From Thermoplasmata archaeon (GTDB taxonomy: Archaea > Thermoplasmatota > Thermoplasmata > Thermoplasmatales > GCA-001856825), in contig JAJYUZ010000001.1 of the NCBI GenBank assembly GCA_021792255.1, positions 160,001 to 224,000 on the forward strand: 64,000 nucleotides of DNA, read 5' to 3'. The position numbers were made by a program, and so were the translations under genes. The notes beneath the pieces were generated by a model. It was not told the DNA's origin and did not search any database. It saw only the letters and a list, made by a program, of their open reading frames with translations. This document shows positions 36,994 through 46,811 of the stretch, one piece after another; within the stretch, counting starts at the first letter, position 1, and the number at the start of each line of letters is the position of its first letter.

Positions 36994-37427
36994 TTTTTGA
37001 CTACCTCGAATATTTTTCTGTGGAATACATTCTCTAACCATGGTGGTCTGAACTCTTCATCTTCAACTAAATATAGAATGCTGGGTGTTTCGGTTCTTCT
37101 CGATATCCCTTCCAAGGCACTTGATATGTTAAGCAATACGTCTTCCTTCCATTCCTTTAGTTCGGATAGCCTAACAACGATGAAAATTGAGAAATCGTCA
37201 TAGTAAAAATCCTCAAGTATAGTCTTTTGGAACTGGTACATGTTGAGTATTCTCTGTATGTATAATCGATCGCCCAATTTTCTCTTTAGATAATGGGCAT
37301 CAACAAACACTCCGTCTCCAAGAAGTAATAATGTCTTTCCATAGCTATTAACAAAGTCTTCTAAGAGCATTGAATTAAACTCTTCCATTTCCATTAAATA
37401 TGAGTGTCTTGGATTTGCCCTGAACAT
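36957..37427 (-). CDS. truncated/inactive RecA/RadA-like protein of the PolB2 cassette
   Basis: GDGVFVDAHYL...LYIQRILNMYQF resembles the D.GN.FDPY...I.RAFT.YQ pattern; no intact Walker A. Confidence 0.6.
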   Translation of the reverse strand: MFRANPRHSYLMEMEEFNSMLLEDFVNSYGKTLLLLGDGVFVDAHYLKRKLGDRLYIQRILNMYQFQKTILEDFYYDDFSIFIVVRLSELKEWKEDVLLNISSALEGISRRTETPSILYLVEDEEFRPPWLENVFHRKIFEVVKKWEETPLLSEWK

Positions 37428-37540
37428 GAGTAAAAATCCGTAAATCTATATATTAACTTTATACACCTCTATAAAAAATGAAAAAATTGAAAAAATGAAT
37501 TGTCCATAAAGGAAATAAACGGCTTTGGATTGCGAGACTA

Positions 37541-38062
37541 ATGATAGAACTCGTTCCAATGAATGAAAAGGAACTGGCAGACTACATCAAGACATCAGTA
37601 CAAAATTATGCAAATGAAAAGGTCAAATCCGGAAACTGGGATCGAAGTGACGCAATAGAAAGGTCGAAGAAGGAATTTGACAAACTCCTCCCAGACGGAT
37701 TAAACACGCGAGGACAATACCTTTTCACCGTAAAGGACAGAACAGCAAACAAAAATGTAGGCATGATTTGGGTCGGAATAAGAGACTATGGTGACGAAGT
37801 CTCCGGGGCATGGATCTGGGACTTCTTAATAAATGATGAAGAAAGGCGTAAGGGCTACGGGACAGAAACACTCAGTGCACTAGAAAGAGTCCTAGTTAAT
37901 CTGGGTCAAAAAAGAGTATCCCTGCACGTATTTGGTCACAACGGAGCTGCAATTGACCTATATAAGAAGGTTGGATACGAGGTCACTAACATAGTCATGT
38001 CAAAAGATCTGAAGCTGAATCAGAACACACAACGGATGGAAGAAAATAAGGATAAAAAATAA
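37541..38062 (+). CDS. GNAT family N-acetyltransferase
   Basis: ERRKGYGT, LHVFGHN..AIDLYKKVGY. Confidence 0.9.
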   Translation: MIELVPMNEKELADYIKTSVQNYANEKVKSGNWDRSDAIERSKKEFDKLLPDGLNTRGQYLFTVKDRTANKNVGMIWVGIRDYGDEVSGAWIWDFLINDEERRKGYGTETLSALERVLVNLGQKRVSLHVFGHNGAAIDLYKKVGYEVTNIVMSKDLKLNQNTQRMEENKDKK

Positions 38063-38086
38063 AGGAAATAGAAGTTTGGCAGGTTT

Positions 38087-39364
38087 TCAATACCATCCAC
38101 GAATTTTCATTGCTTTTGCGACTCTGTCAACAGCTAGGATATAAGCGGCCATTCTGGGGGTAGTGTTGTATTTTGCCATCGTTTCAGTAGTTTCCCAGAA
38201 ACTCTTCGACACCTTCCTGTCCAGTTTGCTGTAGACTTCGTCGATGTCCCAGTAGAACCCGTTAATGTTTTGAACCCACTCGAAGTAGGAAACAATAACT
38301 CCGCCAGAATTTGCGAGGAAATCTGGGACGTCAAACACTTTGTTCTTCGCAAGTATCTCGTCCGCTTCAGGGGTAGTAGGCCCATTTGCCAGTTCGAGGA
38401 CGATCTTTGCCTTGACGTTCGCCGCATTCTTTGCTGTTATCTGATTTTCCAGCGCAGAAGGGATGAGAACGTCTACCTTCAGTTCAAGTAAATCTGCGTT
38501 TGAGATCTCTTTTGCGCCTTTGAAACCAACTACGCTACCGGTTTTTATCTTATGCGCTTTAACAGCCTCAAATTCGAGTCCATCTGCGTTGTATATTCCC
38601 CCCTTGCTATCGGAAACTGCTACCACTTTGGAGTGGAACAATTCACTTACGAGCTTGTGGGCGAATTCTCCGGCATTTCCGAAGCCCTGAATAGCTACCG
38701 TTGCCTTTCCTAGATCCACGTGGAGATGCTTTGCGGCCTCCCTCAGTATGAACATGCCCCCTCTCGCTGTTGCGTCCCCTCTTCCCAATGATCCGCCAAT
38801 TTCGAGAGGCTTGCCTGTTATGACTCCGGGAACATTATATCCCTCCATTACGGAATACTCGTCCATCATCCAGGCCATAATCTGCGGGGTTGTATAGACA
38901 TCAGGCGCTGGAATGTCGATATCTGGGCCGATGTATTCACCGATAGCTCTGACATATCCTCTTGACAATCTTTCGAGCTCTCCCAGACTCATCGTCTTGG
39001 GGTCGCAGATAACTCCTCCCTTTGCTCCTCCATACGGAATGTCTGCCAGGGAAGTTTTCCATGTCATCCACGCTGCAAGAGCCTTCACAGTTGAGAGACT
39101 CTCTTGCGGGTGGAATCTTATTCCTCCCTTGGTCGGTCCTCGCGCAAAGTTGTAATGGACTCTGAATCCAGTGAAAACTTTAGTAGATCCATTGTCCATC
39201 TTCACCGGCAATTGAACCTGAACCATGCTCATGGGCTCTCTTAAAATCGCAAGAGCCTGTGGGTCCAATTTCATAATTCCTGCAGCTTCGTCCAGTTGTT
39301 TTTGTGCAATTTTAAAGGGGTCAAGTTCTTCTGGTTTCTTATCACTTTTAGGTTGTTGCATCAT
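38087..39364 (-). CDS. gdhA: glutamate dehydrogenase
   Basis: [39 protein letters not shown]. Confidence 0.96.
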   Translation of the reverse strand: MMQQPKSDKKPEELDPFKIAQKQLDEAAGIMKLDPQALAILREPMSMVQVQLPVKMDNGSTKVFTGFRVHYNFARGPTKGGIRFHPQESLSTVKALAAWMTWKTSLADIPYGGAKGGVICDPKTMSLGELERLSRGYVRAIGEYIGPDIDIPAPDVYTTPQIMAWMMDEYSVMEGYNVPGVITGKPLEIGGSLGRGDATARGGMFILREAAKHLHVDLGKATVAIQGFGNAGEFAHKLVSELFHSKVVAVSDSKGGIYNADGLEFEAVKAHKIKTGSVVGFKGAKEISNADLLELKVDVLIPSALENQITAKNAANVKAKIVLELANGPTTPEADEILAKNKVFDVPDFLANSGGVIVSYFEWVQNINGFYWDIDEVYSKLDRKVSKSFWETTETMAKYNTTPRMAAYILAVDRVAKAMKIRGWY

Positions 39365-39498
39365 CGTTTCACCCGTAATGCCGGTCAGTATCGCATCTTA
39401 ATTCATAAAGGTTGTTAATTCATCAAGATTCAAGCCCTACGCTCCGAAATATTCACCAAAATTCACAAAGATTATTTTATGCTTCCTGATAAAGAATC

Positions 39499-40311
39499 AT
39501 GAAGGTAGACTTTTGGTTTACGGAATTTCAAAATGAGGATGTCAAATTTGGAGTGCGAACTAGGTCTCATTTATTCTCCAAGGAGTCTAAGTATCAGAAA
39601 ATCGACATATTTGATACTGAGTTCTATGGGAGAGTAATGGTTCTTGATGGATGCTTTATGGTAACAGAGAAGGACGAGTTCATGTATCAGGAGATGCTGT
39701 CACACCCCGCGATGGTGTCCCATCCAAATCCAAAGGATGTCTTGATTATTGGAGGTGGCGATGGTGGTGTTGCCCGGGAGGTTTTGAAATATCCTGTCAA
39801 AACGGTTGACCTGGTAGAGATTGATGAAGAAGTTATAGCCGCAGCTAAAGCCTACCTTCCAGGGCTGTCATCGTCATTTAAAGACGGCAGAGTCAAGGTC
39901 TACAACATGGACGCATTCGAGTTTGTAGACACCAACAGGAAATACGATGTGATTTTGGTTGATTCCACGGATCCCATTGGTTTCGCTGCGTCCCTGTTCT
40001 CAGACGTTTTCTACATGAAGGCGCACGATCTGCTCGATGAAAGTGGGATCATAGCTACCCAGAGCGGGTCGCCGTTCATGAACCCTGACTTCATAAAGAA
40101 AGCGTACAGAGGGCTCAAGGGACACTTTAAGACTGTCAGGCCATATCTTTCGTTCGTGCCAACCTATCCGTCCGGAATGTGGTCCTACGTGATGGCTACT
40201 GATGGTAAATTAGAGAAGCAGAGAAAGTTTAGTGGCAGATACATGAATGAAGAGATATACGGAGCTAGTTCCTCCTTGCCGGAATTCATAAAGAAAATAC
40301 TGGAAGAGTAG
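39499..40311 (+). CDS. speE: spermidine synthase / polyamine aminopropyltransferase
   Basis: LIIGGGDGG, VEID, VDSTDP, PTYPSGMW. Confidence 0.94.
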   Translation: MKVDFWFTEFQNEDVKFGVRTRSHLFSKESKYQKIDIFDTEFYGRVMVLDGCFMVTEKDEFMYQEMLSHPAMVSHPNPKDVLIIGGGDGGVAREVLKYPVKTVDLVEIDEEVIAAAKAYLPGLSSSFKDGRVKVYNMDAFEFVDTNRKYDVILVDSTDPIGFAASLFSDVFYMKAHDLLDESGIIATQSGSPFMNPDFIKKAYRGLKGHFKTVRPYLSFVPTYPSGMWSYVMATDGKLEKQRKFSGRYMNEEIYGASSSLPEFIKKILEE

Positions 40312-40347
40312 TACCCCCCTGCTGCTCAAAGTGTGCCGATTTACGGT

Positions 40348-40725
40348 TTACCTTATCCTTAGTTGGGATTTCTTTTCCTCGTACCTCTTTCTAAAAGATG
40401 GTCCGAGTTTAGCCGAAATCACGTCCAAATCCCTTTCGTTCTTTACGAACGTTGCCTTGCTGTCAGAGTAAATCAGCTCCTCGAATTTTCTCCTTTCCGA
40501 AACGGTCACGGCGAGTAGGTAAGCGAAGTAAAGGAAACCTGCTAGCGACAAAATAAAGATGTAATATGACCAACCGCCTAGCGAAGTTAGAAAGGATTGG
40601 AAACTCAGAGGTAAAATGGTCAGGTTAAAGAAATACATTACCAATAGTACAAACAAGAAGAGCGTTATTGCCAACATCACCAGAGATATAGGAATCTTGA
40701 ATTCCTTATATTTGCCTCGTTCCAT
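40348..40725 (-). CDS. DUF3198-like membrane protein
   Basis: Two TM segments followed by KFEELI.SDSKATFVKN. Confidence 0.6.
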   Translation of the reverse strand: MERGKYKEFKIPISLVMLAITLFLFVLLVMYFFNLTILPLSFQSFLTSLGGWSYYIFILSLAGFLYFAYLLAVTVSERRKFEELIYSDSKATFVKNERDLDVISAKLGPSFRKRYEEKKSQLRIR

Positions 40726-40745
40726 CCTTCAGGCATTTTAAAGGT

Positions 40746-41294
40746 CTATATTGTCTTTTTCTTGATGTACTTCAAAAAGGCCTGGGTAGCTTTCGATCTG
40801 TGGGAAATAGAATTCTTTTCCTCAGTTGTCATCTCTGCATAAGTTTCTTTGCGCTCGTCTGGAATAAATACTGGGTCGAACCCGAAGCCATTGGTCCCCC
40901 TTGGATCTGTCGCGATGAGACCTTGTGTTCTTCCCGTAAAGAGATTCAGCTTGTCATCAAAGTACGCTATGCAGGTTCGAAACTCCGCACTCCGTTCCGT
41001 CTTGCCTTTCATTAAGTCCAGTATGCCTACATTACCGAGGGTCCTAAAGACGTATGAAGAATACACACCGGGAAATCCATTGAGCGTCTTTATAAACAGC
41101 CCAGAATCATCAATGAAGAAATCCGTTTTAAGCGTTCCTCTCAGGTAAAGAGTCGATCTCTCCGCGACTTCTTCTATCGTGTCCAGTTGCTCTTCCGGAT
41201 AGCTCATCAAGAGAAGTTCAAGCTCAATTCCAACATCTCTGAGCATCTCTTTGTATTCAGAGTATTTCCCCCTATTCGAAGTCACTATTATCAG
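40746..41294 (-). CDS. rdgB: RdgB/HAM1 non-canonical purine NTP pyrophosphatase (probable CTG start)
   Basis: VTSNRGK, DDSGL, GFPGVYS, GFGFDPVF, KNSISHR. Confidence 0.92.
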   Translation of the reverse strand: MIIVTSNRGKYSEYKEMLRDVGIELELLLMSYPEEQLDTIEEVAERSTLYLRGTLKTDFFIDDSGLFIKTLNGFPGVYSSYVFRTLGNVGILDLMKGKTERSAEFRTCIAYFDDKLNLFTGRTQGLIATDPRGTNGFGFDPVFIPDERKETYAEMTTEEKNSISHRSKATQAFLKYIKKKTI

Positions 41295-42859
41295 GTGTAT
41301 CTCCTCCTGCTTTCGATCTCTTCGACTTTGGCCAAGACTTCTCGATATCCTGAAAAGCTCCTGTAACCTTTCAGGAAAGAAACGAAGGAGTCGCCCCTGC
41401 CCAGTGCATTTAACGACTCTTTCATCAGATGAAGATCAACTCCAAGGTCCTCGAGTTCTGGATCCAACTCGCCCATGGATGGATCTATGAAATATATTTC
41501 TTTCCCCACAATAACGTTTCCAGCATTCAGATCCCCATGACTGACCCCATTTTCGTGCATTTTGGCGACCCTCTTCCCTACTTCCTGGAGGGTTTTGTTG
41601 AATCCGCTATCAGAAATACATTGGTTAAGTCCTTTTCCTCGTACCCTGGTCAGCGTGAGCGAAGAGTCGTCCAATTCCACGTAAAGAACGTCGGGAGAGT
41701 CAATTCCTATAGTCTTGAATGAATGAAGGAGTTTGACCTCTCGTTTAATTCTTGAGCTGTTTATGTTGTGGTTCAATTCTGGATTTCGGTACTCTCCGCC
41801 TCGTCTCTTCTTCACTAAGGCGTCTATTCCTTGGAATTTGGATAGCTCTACTACGCTCTCTCCACCTACCATCGCCCTTGGTTTCAGCCGTCTTTTACCT
41901 ATCCACCTGCTTTCTCTAGAATCGACCCTTTCTGTCTGTTCGAATCTGACGTTTTCTGAAGCCTTTATGTTACTCATAAATCCCGCAAGAGCTATCATAG
42001 CCCCATTATCGGACAGATATTCATCATCTGGGAAGTAGAAGCGATACCCTCTCATTCTAGCCATCCCTGCAAGCAGCTCTCTAAGTCTCCTGTTCCGTGC
42101 CACTCCTCCAGTTATACTGAATTCATTTAAACCGAAATGCGCCATCCCTCGTTCCACTATCTCCGCCAATGCGGTAAAGGCGTACTCCTGTGCGTTGAAT
42201 GCAATGTCCTCTCTCTTTTCAGTCCTGATCCTGTTTTTCAGATAGGTGTAAAGACCTGAGTATGAGACGTCCATTCCCTTGACAGTATATGGACAATCCA
42301 TTACTTTCTCACCTTTTTTGGCTAGATTTTCAAGTACCGGTGCACCAGGAAACGGTATCCCTAAGTCTCTGGCCAACTTGTCAAGGAAATTTCCGACTCC
42401 GATGTCAAGGGTTTCTCCCAGGACTGAGTACTTATGATCGCCTATTGTGATCAGCTGGGTATTCCCACCAGAGACGTACAGGAAAAGGGGATTTTTGAAG
42501 CCTGACATTTTTCGGGAAATTTCGAGATGTCCAACTCCGTGATTTACTGGCACCAGATCCTTGGAGTACCTTATGGAGAGGTACCTCGCTAGCTCAACCC
42601 CTGTTTTGAGGGAGGGACCGAGTCCCGGCCCCGTACTTACGGCAATCTTATCTATCTCACTGATTTTGACATTCTGCTTCTCCAGTAGATCAGAAAAAAG
42701 TTCTGGAAGTACGGTACGATGATGCTCAGCTGCATCTCTCGGATTAATTCCCCCCTTCAATGGTCTGTAGGAGTCTGATTTAAACCCCTTGATGTGACCA
42801 TCTTTCACTAGTCCAACAGATGCAGTATGCGCAGTACTTTCAATACCGATTACGAGCAT
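41291..42859 (-). CDS. kae1: bifunctional Kae1 (TsaD) - Bud32 kinase, t6A synthesis
   Basis: GIESTAH, HGVGHLE, VSGGNTQ, DNGAMIA; kinase HGDL...FID; ends RRYT. Confidence 0.95.
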   Translation of the reverse strand: MLVIGIESTAHTASVGLVKDGHIKGFKSDSYRPLKGGINPRDAAEHHRTVLPELFSDLLEKQNVKISEIDKIAVSTGPGLGPSLKTGVELARYLSIRYSKDLVPVNHGVGHLEISRKMSGFKNPLFLYVSGGNTQLITIGDHKYSVLGETLDIGVGNFLDKLARDLGIPFPGAPVLENLAKKGEKVMDCPYTVKGMDVSYSGLYTYLKNRIRTEKREDIAFNAQEYAFTALAEIVERGMAHFGLNEFSITGGVARNRRLRELLAGMARMRGYRFYFPDDEYLSDNGAMIALAGFMSNIKASENVRFEQTERVDSRESRWIGKRRLKPRAMVGGESVVELSKFQGIDALVKKRRGGEYRNPELNHNINSSRIKREVKLLHSFKTIGIDSPDVLYVELDDSSLTLTRVRGKGLNQCISDSGFNKTLQEVGKRVAKMHENGVSHGDLNAGNVIVGKEIYFIDPSMGELDPELEDLGVDLHLMKESLNALGRGDSFVSFLKGYRSFSGYREVLAKVEEIESRRRYT

Positions 42860-42956
42860 TATTGTCTACTGAAGGGAGTTTTATCTGGAATAAAATAGTT
42901 CCAGCCACTTCACTCTCAGCCCTAAGAATACTATCCAATCTCAAACGATCTGTGAA

Positions 42957-43172
42957 TCACTTCTGAGATATTCTTACTACGTTACTCCCTCTCAGGATCA
43001 CGGTGCCTAACTTTCTTTTGTTCGTCTCCGTTACCTCTTCCGTGTTGGAAATCACTATGTTCATATAGTCATCGTAGCTTTCTAGCACGCCCTCAAGGAC
43101 TGTATTGTCCTTTAGCAAGAGAGAGATTGGTTTTTGCATCATATTCTGCATAACTGCCATCGGTACTGCCAT
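42957..43172 (-). CDS. Sm-like archaeal protein (SmAP/Lsm)
   Basis: G.LESYDDYMNIV, ILRGSNV. Confidence 0.92.
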   Translation of the reverse strand: MAVPMAVMQNMMQKPISLLLKDNTVLEGVLESYDDYMNIVISNTEEVTETNKRKLGTVILRGSNVVRISQK

Positions 43173-43182
43173 CTTAATTCAC

Positions 43183-43344
43183 CTAGGTGTATTCGTAGTA
43201 ATCGTCTTCTTCTTCGTTCTCCATTACTACTTGGAGAAGCCCCCTCAAAATAACCTTCATATTCTCGACTTCCTTTCTGAGATGTCTTACTTCAACATCC
43301 AGCTTTTCTACGCTTGCGTTATTTTCTCTGCTGTCTATCTGCAT
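43183..43344 (-). CDS. small coiled-coil protein with acidic tail (53 aa; not in ORF track)
   Basis: [53 protein letters not shown]; fills the gap between csl4 and Sm; SD-like GGTTGA upstream. Confidence 0.65.
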   Translation of the reverse strand: MQIDSRENNASVEKLDVEVRHLRKEVENMKVILRGLLQVVMENEEEDDYYEYT

Positions 43345-43909
43345 TTTTTATCAACCCTTCGGAGATTTCTCCATATTTATTCGAGACTTTTCTCGTCTCG
43401 TTTTTCTGACAATACGTACAGTAAAGACCGCTATTAATCCTTTGCAGAGGCTTCCTGCACTTGGAGCAAAAAGCGTAGAGGACTCCTTCGTCAGGAGGCT
43501 CAAGTGTCAGATCAATCTTCCCCCTCGTCGAAACGACTTTCCCTCTTACTACATCTCTCGCTTTTAAAACCTTTGAACACTGATCGAGGTAGTGCCCGGT
43601 GATTCTGCTTGCGTGTACCAGAGCCCTCGTTTTAATAACGTACACTTTTCCAGTTTTTATCAGATACTCTCCAGCAACTATTACGAGAGGCTCATTTATT
43701 TCAGTGATGACTCCTATTATCTCGTCGCCAGGTTGTACAACTACGCTCTCCTCTTTTCCCTTGACTCTGATTCTATAATCAGATCCGACTTCTACATCAC
43801 CCACGTTCGAAGAATAGACTCTACCGTCCTCTTCGTACGTTCCAGTCCCAGCTATGAACTCTTCTTCGGTGCCTAAGTATTCTCCCGGTAATACTAACCT
43901 ACCTACCAT
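43319..43909 (-). CDS. csl4: exosome complex component Csl4
   Basis: [20 protein letters not shown]1 domain, C-terminal CxxC...CxxC...ETRKVS. Confidence 0.92.
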   Translation of the reverse strand: MVGRLVLPGEYLGTEEEFIAGTGTYEEDGRVYSSNVGDVEVGSDYRIRVKGKEESVVVQPGDEIIGVITEINEPLVIVAGEYLIKTGKVYVIKTRALVHASRITGHYLDQCSKVLKARDVVRGKVVSTRGKIDLTLEPPDEGVLYAFCSKCRKPLQRINSGLYCTYCQKNETRKVSNKYGEISEGLIKNADRQQRK

Positions 43910-44499
43910 GTTTTCACCTTTGCCATTCTAGATTCTATCATCTTGATCTCTTTCCTGTGGAAATCATAAGAATGAGTCAGTGGAATTTCGACCTTTTCCT
44001 CCCACGAAATCTCTCCTCTCCCCTCTATGATCCTTTCCAAGAAATCGCCAGCTTTGTAATTAAGCAGAATATAAAAATCTTTAGAGAGCTCGAGTGCCTT
44101 CTCAATGAACGGGACGTCAGCATCTCTTCTCTGACTTCCAAATGGAGGGTTCATTAAGACCGTATCCACTTGGGTATTGAACTCTCTTATGTCGTATACC
44201 ATAAATTCGACTTCTTTTCCCGCACTTATGGAATTCTTTCTTGCTATTTTTACTGCGTTAGGGTCGTTGTCTATTGCATAGACCTTTCTCGCCCCAAGCA
44301 GGGCTGCGCCTATTGCAAAAATACCATTGCCACATCCGAAATCGGCTATTACTTTGTCAGCTATGCATCCATCACTTAGTGCTCTATACAGCATTCTAGC
44401 AGCTAGCGAAGGCGAAGTGGGGTACTGCTCCAGATGTACTTTCGGGGTTTCGATCTTCTTGAGCTTCGACAATTCTATCTCTAGTGAAACTTGTTTCAT
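43903..44499 (-). CDS. METTL5-family SAM-dependent methyltransferase
   Basis: LEQYPT, DFGCGNG, MNPPFG; start probably ATG 44499. Confidence 0.88.
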   Translation of the reverse strand: MKQVSLEIELSKLKKIETPKVHLEQYPTSPSLAARMLYRALSDGCIADKVIADFGCGNGIFAIGAALLGARKVYAIDNDPNAVKIARKNSISAGKEVEFMVYDIREFNTQVDTVLMNPPFGSQRRDADVPFIEKALELSKDFYILLNYKAGDFLERIIEGRGEISWEEKVEIPLTHSYDFHRKEIKMIESRMAKVKTW

Positions 44500-44687
44500 A
44501 AACTCCTCATTGGAGAAACCCATAACTGGACAGGAAATGTTCTCGACGGTCACCGCGTACCACTCTCCCTAATATTGCTAGCGTTGTCAATCCAGCTGGG
44601 TATGGCAATCGTCGATAAAAATGAAGTGGACGGTCTCTGACCTACAATTGGACAAGTCTGGGTCATCCAGTGTCTGGTCAATATTTT

Positions 44688-44960
44688 CTATTCTAGCACA
44701 GTTTTGACCAAATCTCTAGCGTCTCTTTCTGCTTCTTCCTTTGACTCTCCCTTTAATTTAAGGAGGGCAGTTATGTACTTCTCTGCGCGTGAGAGCTTCC
44801 AGGTGCTTCTTTCGTGTACTATCTTCACTATGACCTCTGCTATATCGCTGTCGACCTCAAGTCCGAATTTTTCCTTTATTCTTATCTGCCAAAGCTTAAT
44901 TAGAAAGCGGGGGACGTAGTCTCCCTCTCTCTTTAATTTCTGGTAGATTCCACTGCTCAT
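44688..44960 (-). CDS. hypothetical protein
   Basis: 90-aa ORF with TATA-like TTTAAATA ~25-30 nt upstream. Confidence 0.6.
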   Translation of the reverse strand: MSSGIYQKLKREGDYVPRFLIKLWQIRIKEKFGLEVDSDIAEVIVKIVHERSTWKLSRAEKYITALLKLKGESKEEAERDARDLVKTVLE

Positions 44961-45028
44961 TGTATTTCAATCTGCTCATTATTTAAATAGCTTATGGAAC
45001 AATTTTCTAACGGCCTTCATTTATGGTT

Positions 45029-45946
45029 CTATCGTATCACTTTTTTGAGTATGATTTTCTCTGCGTGGAGCCTATTCTCAGCTTCCTCGAAGATTACGCT
45101 GTTCTTCGAGTCCGCGACACGATTAGTCACTTCAAGCCCGCGGTGTGCTGGCAAGCAGTGCATGAAAATGTAATCCTTCTTAGCCAGGGATACCATCTTC
45201 TCGTTTATCTGGTAGCTCTTGAACGCCTTCTCCTTTTTTTCCTTCTCTTTCTCTTCCCCCATCGAAACCCAGACGTCCGTGTAGACCACATCTGCATTTC
45301 TAACAGCTTCTCTGTAATCGTTCGTCACTTCCATCTCCGACTTGTGCTTCCTAGCAAGAGATTTTGAATCTCTTATGAACCGTTCAGATGGTTCATACCC
45401 TTCAGGAGTAGCGATCCAGAAATCTGCTCCGACGAGGCCCGCTCCGAGCATAAGAGAGTTGGCGGTATTGTTTCCATCGCCCACGTAAGCGATCTTCAGA
45501 CCACTAAAGTGCCCTTTCCTCTCTTTTATGGTCATGAAATCAGCAACGATTTGGGTAGGGTGTTCGAGATCGTCTAACCCGTTTATAACCGGAATAGATG
45601 AATTCTCGGCCAATTCCACGACGTTCTTGTGCTCGAAAGCTCTGTATAGAATAGCATCGACCATGCCTGATAATACCCTGGCTGTGTCTGCTACCGTTTC
45701 ACCGCGTCCCATTTGCATGTCACGGGGCGAAAGGTAAATTGCGTGGCCCCCTAGCTGAGTCATTGCGGTCTCAAAACTAACTCTTGTTCTCGTGGACGCT
45801 TTTTCGAAGATCATTCCGAGGGTCTTCCTGTCCATTGAAGAATCCTTCCTGCCTTGCTTGAAATTCCTCTTCAATTTTATTCCATCGTCTATGAATTCTC
45901 CGAAGTCATTCTTCATATCCAGAACGGAAATTATGTCCCTTTTCAT
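45029..45946 (-). CDS. argF: ornithine carbamoyltransferase
   Basis: STRTR, HPTQ, DVWVSMG, HCLP. Confidence 0.95.
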   Translation of the reverse strand: MKRDIISVLDMKNDFGEFIDDGIKLKRNFKQGRKDSSMDRKTLGMIFEKASTRTRVSFETAMTQLGGHAIYLSPRDMQMGRGETVADTARVLSGMVDAILYRAFEHKNVVELAENSSIPVINGLDDLEHPTQIVADFMTIKERKGHFSGLKIAYVGDGNNTANSLMLGAGLVGADFWIATPEGYEPSERFIRDSKSLARKHKSEMEVTNDYREAVRNADVVYTDVWVSMGEEKEKEKKEKAFKSYQINEKMVSLAKKDYIFMHCLPAHRGLEVTNRVADSKNSVIFEEAENRLHAEKIILKKVIR

Positions 45947-46809
45947 TGCAGCAGCTCCTTTAAAAGAATAGGAATTTCATATGGATAAGATGCGACTCTT
46001 ACACCTGCGTCTTCTAGCGCCTTCACCTTTGATTCGGCGGTGCCCTTTCCCCTCGAGATTATTGCCCCGGCATGTCCCATTCTTTTCCCAGGAGGAGCAC
46101 TCCTTCCGGTAATGTAGCTCGCAACTGGCTTATTGAATTTTGATTTAATGTACTCTGCTGCCTCTTCTTCGGCAGTTCCCCCTATCTCGCCCACCATAGC
46201 TACCGCCTCCGTTTGCTCGTCTTTCTTGAATTCTTCCAGGGCGTCTATGTAGTTCATACCCGTCACTGGATCTCCACCCAGACCCACCACGGTACTTTCT
46301 CCTAGTCCGTTAGTAGTAATCTGGTTCACGATCTCATAAGTAAGAGTTCCACTCCTAGAGATTACCCCTATGTTACCTTTCTTGAATATCTGGTTAGGCA
46401 TTATTCCCAGCTTACAGGTGAAAGGCGAAGTGACCCCGGGACCGTTGGGGCCAATGACCTTCTTTCCTAGCTTATTTGCAAGACTGACGATTCTCATAGT
46501 GTCTTGATAGGGAACCTTCTCCGTCAAGATGTAGATTAGATCTATCCCGTTGTACATTGCTTCCTTTGCAGCGTCCAGCACGTAGGGTGCTGCAACAGAT
46601 ATGAATGTTGCGTTCGGTTCTTCTTTCATAGCATCAAGAACGGTGTTGTAGACTTTAATACCGTTCACTTCTGTACCGCCCTTTCCGGGCGATGTTCCGG
46701 CAACGACTCTTGATCCAAACTTCTGCATTTGGATTGCGTTGAAAGATCCCTGGTGACCAGTAATTCCCTGGACCAGAATCCTGGTGTCTTCATCAACAAG
46801 AATGCTCAT
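45943..46809 (-). CDS. sucD: succinyl-CoA synthetase alpha subunit
   Basis: QGITG, SRSGTLTYE, MGHAGA. Confidence 0.95.
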   Translation of the reverse strand: MSILVDEDTRILVQGITGHQGSFNAIQMQKFGSRVVAGTSPGKGGTEVNGIKVYNTVLDAMKEEPNATFISVAAPYVLDAAKEAMYNGIDLIYILTEKVPYQDTMRIVSLANKLGKKVIGPNGPGVTSPFTCKLGIMPNQIFKKGNIGVISRSGTLTYEIVNQITTNGLGESTVVGLGGDPVTGMNYIDALEEFKKDEQTEAVAMVGEIGGTAEEEAAEYIKSKFNKPVASYITGRSAPPGKRMGHAGAIISRGKGTAESKVKALEDAGVRVASYPYEIPILLKELLQ

Positions 46810-46811
46810 TT

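Noticed and set aside
41291-42859. Kae1-Bud32 fusion as a novelty
   Set aside because: Well-known fusion in several euryarchaeal lineages
44500-44687. C/D box sRNA or small ORF upstream of the METTL5-like gene
   Set aside because: Box motifs are incomplete and the ORFs have no recognisable features
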